Position numbers and translations under genes: made by a program. Positions 8,315-17,628 of a DNA stretch of 50,147 nt are shown here, in pieces (positions within the stretch are counted from its first letter, which is position 1; each line of letters begins with the position of its first letter). Under the pieces are notes generated by a model. That model did not search any database and was not told where the DNA came from. It worked only from the letters and a program-made list of their open reading frames with translations. This DNA is from Thermoanaerobaculia bacterium (GTDB taxonomy: Bacteria > Acidobacteriota > Thermoanaerobaculia > UBA5066 > Gp7-AA6): NCBI GenBank assembly GCA_050745445.1, contig JBOGJN010000212.1, forward strand, positions 1 through 50,147, in the 5' to 3' direction.

Positions 8315-9301
8315 CTACGCACGGCCGCGCGCCGCGGATCGCGCGTTCTCCGCGATTCGCTCGTCCACCTTGAGCGCGAACTCCTTGGCGGCGTCATAGC
8401 CTTGGGTCTTCAGGAGCTCGTTGCGGGCAGCGATTTCGATCAAGAGCGCGATGTTGCGACCCGAGGCGACCGGAAGCCGCAGGAAAGGGCGTGGACGGTC
8501 GAGAATCGCGTAGGTCTCTCCGTCCAAGCCCAGACGGTCGTACTTCTTCGTGGGGTCCCAGCGTTCCAGTTCGATGACGAGCTCGATCGACTTTGAGGTG
8601 CGCACGGCCGAGACGCCGAAGAGGTGCTTGATGTTGATGATGCCGATCCCGCGCAACTCCATGTGGTACCGGATCATTTCCGCGGCCCGTCCCACGACTG
8701 CCCCGTTCGGATAACGGCGGATCTCGACCACGTCATCTGCGACCAGCCGGTGGCCGCGCTGGATCAGATCCAGCGCGGACTCACTCTTGCCGATGCCGGA
8801 CTCGCCGAGCAGGAGGACGCCCATGCCGTAGACGTCCACGAGAACTCCGTGCAGGGTGGTCGACGGGGAGAGCTCGTCCTCCAGGATCCGCGTGATCGAC
8901 TGGATGACGACCGAGGTCGTCTGGCCGGACACCAGCAGGGGAACCTGCCGGGCCCGACACTCGCGAACCAGGTCCTCGGGCGCGGTTTGCCCTTTCGTGA
9001 TGACGAAGGCCGCCACGGGCAGTGCGCAGATCGAGGCGATTCTCTCGCGCCGCACCTCTTCCGGCATGGTGTCGAGATAGTGAAGCTCGCTTTCTCCCAG
9101 AACCTGGATTCGCCCCGGCTTGATGAAGGCTAGAAACCCGGCGAAGGCGAGCCCGGGCCGCTGGATGCGTCCCCAGGCAATGGCGCGGCCGAAACCGGAT
9201 TCACCCGCCACCGTGCGCAGCTCAAGATCCGCCAGAGCCGCCGAGCGAAGCACATCGGCGGTCAGCCTCGGCGTGTGGTCCGCGTCTCGTGCGGGACTCA
9301 T
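8315..9301 (-). CDS. hprK: HPr kinase/phosphorylase
   Basis: Trimmed to the ATG at 9301, giving an ATGA overlap with the ptsN stop. P-loop LLLGESGIGKSESALDLIQRGHRLVADD and the HprK signature. Confidence 0.9.
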   Translation of the reverse strand: MSPARDADHTPRLTADVLRSAALADLELRTVAGESGFGRAIAWGRIQRPGLAFAGFLAFIKPGRIQVLGESELHYLDTMPEEVRRERIASICALPVAAFVITKGQTAPEDLVRECRARQVPLLVSGQTTSVVIQSITRILEDELSPSTTLHGVLVDVYGMGVLLLGESGIGKSESALDLIQRGHRLVADDVVEIRRYPNGAVVGRAAEMIRYHMELRGIGIINIKHLFGVSAVRTSKSIELVIELERWDPTKKYDRLGLDGETYAILDRPRPFLRLPVASGRNIALLIEIAARNELLKTQGYDAAKEFALKVDERIAENARSAARGRA

Positions 9302-9792
9302 GCGGTTCCCACCGGGAGGGCCGTCCCCGCTTCTCTCAGGGCCTCCAGGATCCCTCCCGGTGTCGAAGCCCGCCGCAGGCTCTCGGCCACGCCGGGCGTG
9401 CGCAGCAGCCGGGAGATCCTCGCAAGAGCCTGCAGATGCAGGGCCGGGGCCTCCGCGGGCGAGAGGACCAGGAAGAGAAGCGTCACGGGAATACCGTCGG
9501 CCGAATGAAACTCGATGCCCGAGCGCGAGGAGCCGATGGCGACTACGATTTCGGGAAGCCCCTTCCACTTGCAGTGCGGAATCGCGAGACCCCCGCCAAG
9601 ACCCGTGCAACCCAACTGCTCCCGCTCGAGCAGTCGCCGGGCCAGCTCCCCGGCGTCCGTGACGACGCCCGCGGCGGCAAGACCCCGTGCCATCTCGGCG
9701 AGCGCGCCCTCTGCCGTCACGGACTCGAGATCCGTGAACACGAAGCGGGAATCGACCGCGCCCGGCCAGAGACCTTCTCCGGCCGGACTCAT
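9298..9792 (-). CDS. ptsN: PTS EIIA(Ntr), nitrogen regulatory IIA protein
   Basis: Trimmed to MSPAGEGL... at 9792. Active-site GLGGGLAIPHCK. 164 aa. Lies downstream of hpf and rpoN, as in the canonical rpoN operon. Confidence 0.85.
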   Translation of the reverse strand: MSPAGEGLWPGAVDSRFVFTDLESVTAEGALAEMARGLAAAGVVTDAGELARRLLEREQLGCTGLGGGLAIPHCKWKGLPEIVVAIGSSRSGIEFHSADGIPVTLLFLVLSPAEAPALHLQALARISRLLRTPGVAESLRRASTPGGILEALREAGTALPVGTA

Positions 9793-9827
9793 CGGTTCCT
9801 CTCCCGGCCTGACGGGTCGTCCTCGTC

Positions 9828-10382
9828 TCAGCATTCCGGCACGATCAACCCGAGGTCTCCATCCCGTCTTTTGTAAAGGACCGAGACCCTTTCGGAGCCC
9901 GAGTCGCGAAAGACCAGGAATTCCTGCCGCGAGTTCACGATCCACAGAGCCGCCTCCTCGACGCTCATCGGCTTTACGGGCAGGCGCTGCTCGACCCGGA
10001 TGATCCTCGGCGCCGACCCCGCTCGCAAACCCGGTCGTGCGGTGTCTCCCGCGGCGCGCGCCGTTTCGCCGACCGGTGCGAACGCTCCCCGGTGCTTGCC
10101 ATCGCGGCGTTTTTCCGAGTCCTTCCTGGCCTGCGTGTGGATCTTCTCGAACGCCCGCGCGACGGAGGCCTCGGGATCTGCCGTCTCCTCCTGCGCCTTC
10201 CATTGTCTCCGGCGGTGCGTCGCAATGATCTCCGCGCCGAATCGGTGCTTTTCATGAGAGAGCACGACACGCACGTTCGCCGGGCCGCCGAGATGCCGTT
10301 CGAGTCTCTGCGTTCTCTTGCGCGCAAGCTCCCTGACGGCGTCCGTCACCTCGACGTTGCGGCCTGTACATTCGACGCTCAT
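9828..10382 (-). CDS. hpf: Ribosome hibernation promoting factor (long HPF)
   Basis: N-terminal sigma-54 modulation/S30EA domain (GRNVEVTDAVRELARKRTQRLERH) and a C-terminal dimerisation domain (VKPMSVEEAALWIVNSRQEFLVFRD). Confidence 0.9.
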   Translation of the reverse strand: MSVECTGRNVEVTDAVRELARKRTQRLERHLGGPANVRVVLSHEKHRFGAEIIATHRRRQWKAQEETADPEASVARAFEKIHTQARKDSEKRRDGKHRGAFAPVGETARAAGDTARPGLRAGSAPRIIRVEQRLPVKPMSVEEAALWIVNSRQEFLVFRDSGSERVSVLYKRRDGDLGLIVPEC

Positions 10383-10400
10383 GTCTTCCTCCCGCTCGGG

Positions 10401-11867
10401 CTAAAAGCTCTGCTTTCTTTGCGAAGAGGACGGGATCTTGAGCTCCTCGCGGTACTTGGCGACTGTCCGTCGCGCGATCTGGATCCCTTCCGCCCGCAGC
10501 CGCTGCATGATCCGGGCGTCCGAGTGGGGGTGCCGCGCGTCCTCTTCGGCAATCAGCCGCGCGATCTTGTTCTTGATCGACAACGAGGACACGTCCGGTC
10601 CCGTGGTCGAGTCGATCCCGCTGTGGAAGAAGTATTTCATCGGGAAGAGTCCGCGCGGAGTGTGGATGTACTTGTTGGAGACGACACGCGAGACCGTAGA
10701 CTCGTGCATGCCGATGTCGTTGGCAACATCGCGCAGCACGAGCGGCCGCAGATGCTCGATGCCGTCGTCGAGGAAGGCGCGCTGGTGTCGGATGATCGAC
10801 TCGGTCACGCGGTAGATCGTGCGCTGCCGCTGGTCGAGGCTCTTGATCAGCCAGACGGCCGAGCGCATCTTGTCTTTCAGATACGAGGCCGCTTCCGCGC
10901 CGATCGCGCCGTTGCCTCCGCGCAGCATTCTCCGGTAGGCGGAGGAAATCCGGAGCTTGGGAAGACCGTCTTCGTTCAACTGGATGACGTACTCGTCGCC
11001 GATCTTCTGGATGGCCACATCCGGCTCCACGTAGATCGTGCGCTCGGTGGAGTGTTTGCGCCCCGGCTTGGGTTCCAGATTCTTGATGATCTCGACCACC
11101 GCCTGTAGCTCCGACATTCCCACGCCGAGCGCCCGCGCGAGCTGAGGAAACTGGCGGTTCAGGAACTCCTGCCAGTGCTCCGTGACGACCTTGTCGATCA
11201 GCGGGTTCTCGATGCCAAGCACGCGGATCTGCAACATCAGACAGTCGGGCAGATCGAAGGCGCAGATGCCGGGGGGATCAAAGGAACGCACGAGTTCGAG
11301 TCCCGCCTCGACATCCACGTCCTTCGTGAAGCCGGCGGTTCGGATCTCTTCGCGTGTGATCCGCAGATAACCATCCTCGTCCAGGTTGCCAATCAGGTAG
11401 GTCGCGATTTCGCGCACGGCCGGCGTCGCGTCGGACACGGAGAGCTGCCAGGTGAGGTACTCAGTCAGGCCCGGCGCACTGGAAAGCGTGTTCTCGAGGG
11501 GAACTCGCTCGCTCTCCTCGTATTGGCGGGGGTTGTAGGCCGTGTCCAGATAATCCTGAAAGTAAGAGTCGAAATCGATCTCCTCGAAGGAGTCCGGTTG
11601 CCGATCGGGCTCTTCTCCCCGCACCAGCGCCGGCGCAGACGGCGGGAGGGCCTCGGGCGCCGACGCGGCGGCGGCTTCCTCCGTGCGCTCGGCGGCGGGT
11701 GTCTCTTCCTGTTCCTCCTCGAGGAGCGGGTTCTCGACCATCTCCTGGTTGAGGACCTCTTCCAGCTCGAGCTTCGACATTTGTAGCAGTTTGATTGCCT
11801 GCTGCAACGACGGCGTCATGACCAGCCGTTGGGAGAGGCGAAGACTCAGCTTTTGTTCCAGGGCCAT
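10401..11867 (-). CDS. rpoN: RNA polymerase sigma-54 factor
   Basis: Region I MALEQKLSLRLSQRLVMTPSLQQAIKLLQMS. C-terminal RpoN box ARRTVAKYRE. Confidence 0.97.
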   Translation of the reverse strand: MALEQKLSLRLSQRLVMTPSLQQAIKLLQMSKLELEEVLNQEMVENPLLEEEQEETPAAERTEEAAAASAPEALPPSAPALVRGEEPDRQPDSFEEIDFDSYFQDYLDTAYNPRQYEESERVPLENTLSSAPGLTEYLTWQLSVSDATPAVREIATYLIGNLDEDGYLRITREEIRTAGFTKDVDVEAGLELVRSFDPPGICAFDLPDCLMLQIRVLGIENPLIDKVVTEHWQEFLNRQFPQLARALGVGMSELQAVVEIIKNLEPKPGRKHSTERTIYVEPDVAIQKIGDEYVIQLNEDGLPKLRISSAYRRMLRGGNGAIGAEAASYLKDKMRSAVWLIKSLDQRQRTIYRVTESIIRHQRAFLDDGIEHLRPLVLRDVANDIGMHESTVSRVVSNKYIHTPRGLFPMKYFFHSGIDSTTGPDVSSLSIKNKIARLIAEEDARHPHSDARIMQRLRAEGIQIARRTVAKYREELKIPSSSQRKQSF

Positions 11868-11958
11868 GCGTCGGTCGTTCCTAGCGGCTCGGGACGCGGC
11901 CCACGGGGGGCCACAGTCCTCGTCGCAATGGATTCTTTCGATCAGAGGTCATCGGCGG

Positions 11959-12711
11959 TCAATGGAGTTGGAATGCCTCCCCGAGGTAGATCCTTTTCAC
12001 GACGGCGTCGCTCGAGAGCGCAAGGGGCGTGCCGGCCCGCAGGATCTCGCCCGCATTAATTATATAGGCGCGGTCCACGATCGACAAAGTCTCTCGGACG
12101 TTGTGGTCCGTGATGAGAACGCCGATCCCGGAGGAGGCGAGCCGGCGGGCGGTCGACTGGATGTCCAGGACCGCAATCGGGTCGATGCCGGCGAAGGGCT
12201 CATCGAGCAGGAGAAAGTACGGAGAAAGAACCAGGCTGCGGGCGATCTCGACGCGCCGCCGCTCGCCGCCTGAAAGCGTGTAGGCCCGGTTCCGCCGAAG
12301 CGCCTCGAGGCCAAAATCCGCGAGGAGCTGATCGGCACGCTCCCGGCGTTCCCCCTGGGTCAGATCGAAAGTCTCCAGGATCGCCAGAAGATTTTCCTCT
12401 ACGGTCATCTTGCGAAAAACCGACGGCTCTTGCGGAAGGTAGGAGATCCCGGCGCGGGCCCTGCGGTACATCGGCAGGTTCGTCAGGTCCCGGTTTCCGA
12501 GCCGCACAACGCCCGCGTCGGGCCGCACCAGCCCCACGACGATCGAGAAGGTTGTGGTCTTGCCAGCGCCGTTGGGGCCAAGCAGCCCCACGATCTCTCC
12601 CCCGCCGATCTCCAGGGACACGTCGTTAACAACCGCGCGCCCCGCGTACTTCTTGATCAGCCCTTCGGCCACGAGCCGGGGCCGGGGCGGGTTTTCGGCA
12701 GCTGAGCTCAA
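11959..12711 (-). CDS. lptB: LPS export ABC transporter ATP-binding protein LptB
   Basis: TTG start overlapping the upstream stop. Walker [10 protein letters not shown]. Signature [13 protein letters not shown]. Sits directly upstream of rpoN. Confidence 0.92.
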   Translation of the reverse strand: MSSAAENPPRPRLVAEGLIKKYAGRAVVNDVSLEIGGGEIVGLLGPNGAGKTTTFSIVVGLVRPDAGVVRLGNRDLTNLPMYRRARAGISYLPQEPSVFRKMTVEENLLAILETFDLTQGERRERADQLLADFGLEALRRNRAYTLSGGERRRVEIARSLVLSPYFLLLDEPFAGIDPIAVLDIQSTARRLASSGIGVLITDHNVRETLSIVDRAYIINAGEILRAGTPLALSSDAVVKRIYLGEAFQLH

Positions 12712-14684
12712 GGGCTGCTTGTCCGATGGATCGTCTCGGTCTTGCCCCCTTCGGGGGCGGTGACTTCGACCTTAAGCCCTCGGTCCGCGATCGTCAAGGT
12801 GGCGCCGGACACCCGGTTGCCTTGCGCATCGGTCACCCAGGCGGGGCAGCCTTCGAGCACGGTCTTGCCTTCCCGGGGCCAGTCCACGGCCCTGTCGGCT
12901 TTGCCGTTTCGGCCGGCGACAGGATCGGCCAGGGTGACCTCACCCGACAGCTCGACGCGCTCGAGCCTGCGGTCCTTCGTGAAGAAGGCCTGCGCCGTCC
13001 GCGCGCTGGTCCGCCAGGGACCCCGCGTGACAATGACGTCACCCTCAAACTGCGCCGTCGCGTTCGAGTCCTGGTACATCACGCGTTGAGCCGTGACGAC
13101 GGCAGGGCGTCGGTCGGCCTGCGGCGACTTCGGATCGGGAGCCGGCGAGAAGACGGTGCGCGTGTTGACGACGGCCAGAAGCGTCCTCTGGGCGTCATCA
13201 AGGGTGATGTTGTCTCCGGTGAGCGAGGCATTCTCCTGCCAGAGCGTGGCGCCGCCCAGAAGAGTCGCCGTCCGACTCGCGTCATCGAACACCATGCGCT
13301 CGGCTCTTCCGTAGGTGGGCCGCGAAGGGTCGCCCAGGAGGGTCGGCGTCCTCTCGCTCCCGTCCTCGGGGACGAAGACGGCTCGAGCGCCTCCCGCGGC
13401 GCGGAGCAACCTGTGCTTCTCGTCGAGCTCGATGCGCGGCGCGGAAACGCGCGAGCTTCCCTTCTCCGCCACGGCCGAACCGCCGGGGCGACCCGTCAAC
13501 ACCCAGACCGCGTCCGACGGGCGAACGACCGCCTTTTCGGCCAGCGCCGACCGCCCCTGCGCCTGCAGACGGGTTGCGCCGAAGAACTCCAGTTGCTCGA
13601 CGTCTCCGGTCTTTGAAAAGAGGAGTCTGGCATGCGCGGCCTCGGCGCGACCCTCCTCGGACACGACGCGGACATCTCCCTGCGCCCGGGCCGAGACGGC
13701 TCGGCCCGACTCGAAGGCCACTTCGATCGATTGCGCCTCGACTGTCCGGCCGGGTTCCTCGAGCTCGGCGGGCGTGCCTCTCAAGGCGAGAGAGCGGGCC
13801 GCACCGTCGGGCGCGAATGAGAGAAGGGCCTCGTCCGCCGCGTAACGGCGTTGTCCGGTTCCGCTCCGGACACCGCCGCGCGCAAGCGAGGAGAGCGTCC
13901 CTCTCACTCGAGAGAGGGCTTTCGCCCACAGAAGGCGTTTGCCATCCGCCTCTGTCTTGAGCTGGATCCGGTCGCAGGAGATCCGGTCGCCGTCTCGCGA
14001 AGCGGCCGAGACGGAGCCCGCCAGCTCGACGACGCCCTCGTCCCGCCCGTAGACCGCGCCGTCGGCCGCCAGGTCCGAGAGCCCCCCGCTCCCCTCCCCG
14101 GTTCCGGCGCCTCGCACCGGCCCCTCCAGAACAAGCTCCCGCTGGCCGATGTCGTAGTATGCCGACCGGGCGGACACCTTGAAGGCCCCGCGCGAAAGAT
14201 GGATCGCGCCGGGGGCCACCAGCCGGCGGGTCGAGGGCAGGAAGTCGAGTCGCTCGGTCTCCCCCACCGCCTTTCGTTCGTCCACCCACCGGACATTTCC
14301 CTCCAGGTGCGCCTCGTTCGTGCGGTGGTCATAGTCAGCCTGGTCCGCGCGCACCGTCACGGCGGCGCCCTGATCCGGATAGACCGTGAGAGTGACCTTC
14401 TCCAGCGCATAGGCGTTCGGGACGAGGCCGGCGGCGGCGCCGAACCCCACCGTGCGCTCGGACTGAATCCGGAAGAGCGGTTTGCCGCGCAACGTCTCGG
14501 TGTAGTCGAAACCCTTGAGGACCGTGGTCGGTTGCCCCGCGTCGGCGGCGGGGGGTTGGCCCGGCAAGGCTTCGCGGTCCGAGCCGGAAGACGGGCGGCG
14601 GCCCGGGCGGAAGGAATAAAGCACAAACGAGAGGAAGAGCACGCCGAAAACCAGAACGGCTGTCTCGAGTTTGCGCCGGGTCAT
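12708..14684 (-). CDS. Membrane-anchored LptC-like / multi-OstA(LptA)-like fusion protein
   Basis: ATG at 14684 forms an ATGA overlap with the recJ stop. N-terminal TM helix [18 protein letters not shown]. This is followed by several segments with the LptC/LptA-type beta-jellyroll repeat pattern (e.g. [73 protein letters not shown]). Occupies the lptC-lptA position upstream of lptB. Confidence 0.7.
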   Translation of the reverse strand: MTRRKLETAVLVFGVLFLSFVLYSFRPGRRPSSGSDREALPGQPPAADAGQPTTVLKGFDYTETLRGKPLFRIQSERTVGFGAAAGLVPNAYALEKVTLTVYPDQGAAVTVRADQADYDHRTNEAHLEGNVRWVDERKAVGETERLDFLPSTRRLVAPGAIHLSRGAFKVSARSAYYDIGQRELVLEGPVRGAGTGEGSGGLSDLAADGAVYGRDEGVVELAGSVSAASRDGDRISCDRIQLKTEADGKRLLWAKALSRVRGTLSSLARGGVRSGTGQRRYAADEALLSFAPDGAARSLALRGTPAELEEPGRTVEAQSIEVAFESGRAVSARAQGDVRVVSEEGRAEAAHARLLFSKTGDVEQLEFFGATRLQAQGRSALAEKAVVRPSDAVWVLTGRPGGSAVAEKGSSRVSAPRIELDEKHRLLRAAGGARAVFVPEDGSERTPTLLGDPSRPTYGRAERMVFDDASRTATLLGGATLWQENASLTGDNITLDDAQRTLLAVVNTRTVFSPAPDPKSPQADRRPAVVTAQRVMYQDSNATAQFEGDVIVTRGPWRTSARTAQAFFTKDRRLERVELSGEVTLADPVAGRNGKADRAVDWPREGKTVLEGCPAWVTDAQGNRVSGATLTIADRGLKVEVTAPEGGKTETIHRTSSP

Positions 14685-16474
14685 GCGCCCCCGCACACCG
14701 CGCTGCGGACGACGGGTCCGTCCGTGCGATCCGCCTCTCCCCTTGGGAGAGGGCCGGGGTCAGCGGCCGTCTCACGCCCGTAGAGTGCCGGACGCGCGGC
14801 GAGGACTTCGGCCTCCGGCTCGCCGGAGCGGCCGCGCCGGAGCCGATACTGAATCTCGAAGGGCCCCTCCCGGCCGGAGATCGGTTCGAGAATCTCCTTT
14901 CGCCAGCAGACGAACCGGAGGTCCGTGGCACCAGCGCGCAGTCGGCCGCGCACGCCGGATTCCGACACCGCGGAAGTCTGTCCGGCCAGTCTGGCGTCCG
15001 TCGAGTGGAACACGGGGCGCGGGTTGCCCATGCCGTGCGGCTCGAAGGGCTCGAGTGCCGCGAGAAGTTCCGGTGTGGCCTCGCCGAGCGGCAGTTCGGC
15101 CTCCGCTTCGTTAACCCGCTGCAGACACTGGGGCGCAACCCGCGCGGCAAAGAGAGTCCGCAACGCCTCGCAAAACTCCGGCACTCGGACCGTCGGCAGA
15201 CTTACGCCCACGGCCTGCTCGTGCCCGCCAAACTCGTCGCAGAGATGCGAGATTTCCTTCAAGATCCCGTGGAGGGAAACGCCCGGGATGCTCCGGCCAG
15301 AACCGCTGGCGCGTTCTCCCTCCAAAGCCAAAAGGACAACCGGCCGGTGGTATTCCCGCGCCAGACGCGATGCCACGATTCCCAGAACCCCCCGATGCCA
15401 CCCTTGCTCTGCGAGGACGATGACGGCGTCTCGGTTCGGGTCAAATTCCTGGCCGATCCTTTCCCGGGCTTGCCGGGCAATGCCTCTTTCGATCCGCTGG
15501 CGCTCGGCGTTGCGCAGCGTCAGCTGTCGGGCGGTCCGCGCGGCGAGCGCCGGGTCACGCTCCTCGAAGAGGGAAAGGGCGAGCTGTGCCGTGTCGAGCC
15601 GCCCGGCGGCGTTCAAACGGGGAGCGATCCGGAAGGCGACCTCCTCCGCGGTGGGTGGCTGACCTGGCGCGACACCCGATTCGGCCAGGAGCGCGCGTAG
15701 CCCCGGCGCCCGGGGCCGCGCCAGAGCGGCAAGACCAGCGGCCGCGAGGACGCGGTTCTCCCCCGTGAGGGGCACCAGATCGGCGATCGTGCCGAGGCAC
15801 ACGGCCCGCAGCAGCGATTCGCGCGACATCCGCAGACCGGCCCGTTGTGCGACCGCCTCGGCGATTTTCATTGCGATCCCGCAGGCCGCGAGCTCCTTGT
15901 ACGGATAGGCGCAGCCAGGCTGTTTCGGGTTGACGAGGACGGCTCCCCGCGGGAGCTGATCGGGCACGAGGTGGTGGTCGGTCACGACGACTTGCACGCC
16001 CCGCTGCCGCGCGACGGCGACGCCCTCGACCGCGCTGATCCCGCAGTCCACCGTGATGAGGACGGCAGGGCGAAGCTCTTCGAGGACCCGGCGCACGGTC
16101 TCGGGCTTCAAACCGTAACCGTCCCGAAGCCGGTGTGGCAGGAACGCCACGGCGTCCGCTCCCGCGCGCAGGAGAGTCGCGCGCAGTTGCGCGACCGCGG
16201 TGACGCCGTCGACATCGTAGTCCCCGAAGACCACGATCCGGCGACCGGCGCGGGCCGCGGACAGGAGCACCGCAACCGCCTCCTCGGCTCCGAGCATCGC
16301 GAAAGGATCGTGAAGCCTCGTGGCGTCCGGATGGAAGAAATGCGACGCCTCCTCGGGAGTCTCGATGCCCCTCGCGATCAGGAGCGTCGCGACGATGAGG
16401 GGCAGGCCCGCCTTGACGGCCAGAGCTTCCGCGCGAAGCGAATCGGCCCGCGGGATTCGCCAGAGAGAGTCCAT
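14681..16474 (-). CDS. recJ: Single-stranded-DNA-specific exonuclease RecJ
   Basis: Trimmed to MDSLWRIPRAD... at 16474. DHH motifs VVFGDYDVDGVTA and TVDCGI, then VVVTDHH. DHHA1 region GGHEQAVG. Confidence 0.93.
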   Translation of the reverse strand: MDSLWRIPRADSLRAEALAVKAGLPLIVATLLIARGIETPEEASHFFHPDATRLHDPFAMLGAEEAVAVLLSAARAGRRIVVFGDYDVDGVTAVAQLRATLLRAGADAVAFLPHRLRDGYGLKPETVRRVLEELRPAVLITVDCGISAVEGVAVARQRGVQVVVTDHHLVPDQLPRGAVLVNPKQPGCAYPYKELAACGIAMKIAEAVAQRAGLRMSRESLLRAVCLGTIADLVPLTGENRVLAAAGLAALARPRAPGLRALLAESGVAPGQPPTAEEVAFRIAPRLNAAGRLDTAQLALSLFEERDPALAARTARQLTLRNAERQRIERGIARQARERIGQEFDPNRDAVIVLAEQGWHRGVLGIVASRLAREYHRPVVLLALEGERASGSGRSIPGVSLHGILKEISHLCDEFGGHEQAVGVSLPTVRVPEFCEALRTLFAARVAPQCLQRVNEAEAELPLGEATPELLAALEPFEPHGMGNPRPVFHSTDARLAGQTSAVSESGVRGRLRAGATDLRFVCWRKEILEPISGREGPFEIQYRLRRGRSGEPEAEVLAARPALYGRETAADPGPLPRGEADRTDGPVVRSAVCGGA

Positions 16475-16548
16475 CGCAACAAGTCTCCCCGGCCCCCTGG
16501 ACAAATCGCGTCCGTGGGTCGCGGCGGGAAGTGTCGCGGTTTGCGCCG

Positions 16549-17511
16549 TCACTGGCCTCCGACCGTCTCGAAGGATCCGAGCGCCCGGAACTTGCGGTAC
16601 CGACGCTCGCGTCGCTCCTCGGGGGTCAGGTCGCTGACCGCCCGCAAATGCCGTTCGATCGCCTCGCCCACGGCGGCGGCGGCTCCGGCCGGGTCGGCGT
16701 GCGCACCGCCGGGAGGTTCCGGCAGGATCTCGTCGACGACCTCCAGCTCCTTCAGGTCGGCCGCCGTGAGTCTGAGGGCCTCGGCCGCCTCCTTCTTTCG
16801 CGAAGCGTCCTTCCAGAGGATGGCCGCGCACCCTTCGGGCGAGATGACGGAGTAGATCGCATGCTCGAGCATCAGGACGCGGTCCCCGATGCCGAGGGCC
16901 AGCGCTCCCCCGGAACCTCCCTCTCCCGTCACCGTCACGATGATCGGCGCAGAAAACCGGGTCATCTCGCGGAGATTGACCGCGATCGCCTCGGCCTGGC
17001 CCCGCTCCTCCGCGTCGATGCCAGGATACGCGCCGGCCGTGTCCACGAAGGTCAAAATCGGCCGCCCGAATTTCTCCGCGACCTGCATCACGCGCAGGGC
17101 CTTGCGGAATCCTTCGGGCCGCGGCATGCCGAAGTTGCGGCGGATTTTCTCTTTGGTGTCGCGCCCCTTCTGGTGGCCGATGACGGCCACGGGCTGGCCT
17201 CGGAAAAAGGCAAAACCCGCGACGATGGCCGCATCTTCCGCGAACTTCCGATCGCCGTGCAGCTCGACGAACTCCGTCATGAGGGCCGCGACGTAGTCCA
17301 GCGTGTAGGGGCGCGCGGGGTGGCGGGCGACCAGCGTCTTCTGCCAGGGTGTCAGGCTCGCGTAGATCTCTTTGGAGACGCGGTCGAGCTTCTCCCGCAG
17401 CTTTTCGATCTCGCGGCGGTGGGCGGCATCGTCAGGCAGGGCCGACAGTTCCTCGATCCGCCGGCGCAGCTTCTGGATGGGCTCTTCGAAATTGCCGTCC
17501 TCGCCGTTCAT
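16549..17511 (-). CDS. accA: Acetyl-CoA carboxylase carboxyltransferase subunit alpha
   Basis: Full-length AccA similarity: RHPARPYTLDY, FGMPRPEGFRKALR, DTAGAYPGIDAEERGQ. Confidence 0.95.
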   Translation of the reverse strand: MNGEDGNFEEPIQKLRRRIEELSALPDDAAHRREIEKLREKLDRVSKEIYASLTPWQKTLVARHPARPYTLDYVAALMTEFVELHGDRKFAEDAAIVAGFAFFRGQPVAVIGHQKGRDTKEKIRRNFGMPRPEGFRKALRVMQVAEKFGRPILTFVDTAGAYPGIDAEERGQAEAIAVNLREMTRFSAPIIVTVTGEGGSGGALALGIGDRVLMLEHAIYSVISPEGCAAILWKDASRKKEAAEALRLTAADLKELEVVDEILPEPPGGAHADPAGAAAAVGEAIERHLRAVSDLTPEERRERRYRKFRALGSFETVGGQ

Positions 17512-17533
17512 TGGGACGATTGTACCGGGGAGG

Positions 17534-17613
17534 GCTCTTAGCTATTAGCTGTTAGCTGTTAGCGACGGGAGCCGACAGGCGCGGCTAAGAGCTAATAGCT
17601 GACAACTAATAGC
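17534..17613. repeat. Imperfect inverted repeat of tandem heptamers (GCTCTTA GCTATTA GCTGTTA GCTGTTA GC ... GCTAAGA GCTAATA GCTGACA ACTAATA GC)
   Basis: 30-nt arms at 17534..17563 and 17584..17613, 24/30 complementary by eye, with a 20-nt loop. Lies between the accA start and the priA stop. Confidence 0.8.
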
Positions 17614-17628
17614 TTTCTTCTTTCTTCT

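Noticed and set aside
7016-8596. 526-aa plus-strand ORF spanning the EIIA(Man), rapZ and hprK loci
   Set aside because: It is antisense to three conserved genes and crosses their intergenic gaps, with no domain signature. It is a GC-bias artefact.
9302-9610. N-terminal extensions of track ORFs: hprK here, and also ptsN 9793..10203, recJ 16475..16831, msbA 29957..30403, radical SAM 41588..41953, cNMP-FHA 49279..50034, DUF547 40317..40637, EIIA(Man) 7336..7773, HPr 6893..7042
   Set aside because: The extensions overlap the upstream gene, are Arg/Gly/Pro-rich, and precede internal ATGs. Those ATGs give family-typical N-termini, SD sequences or ATGA stop/start overlaps.
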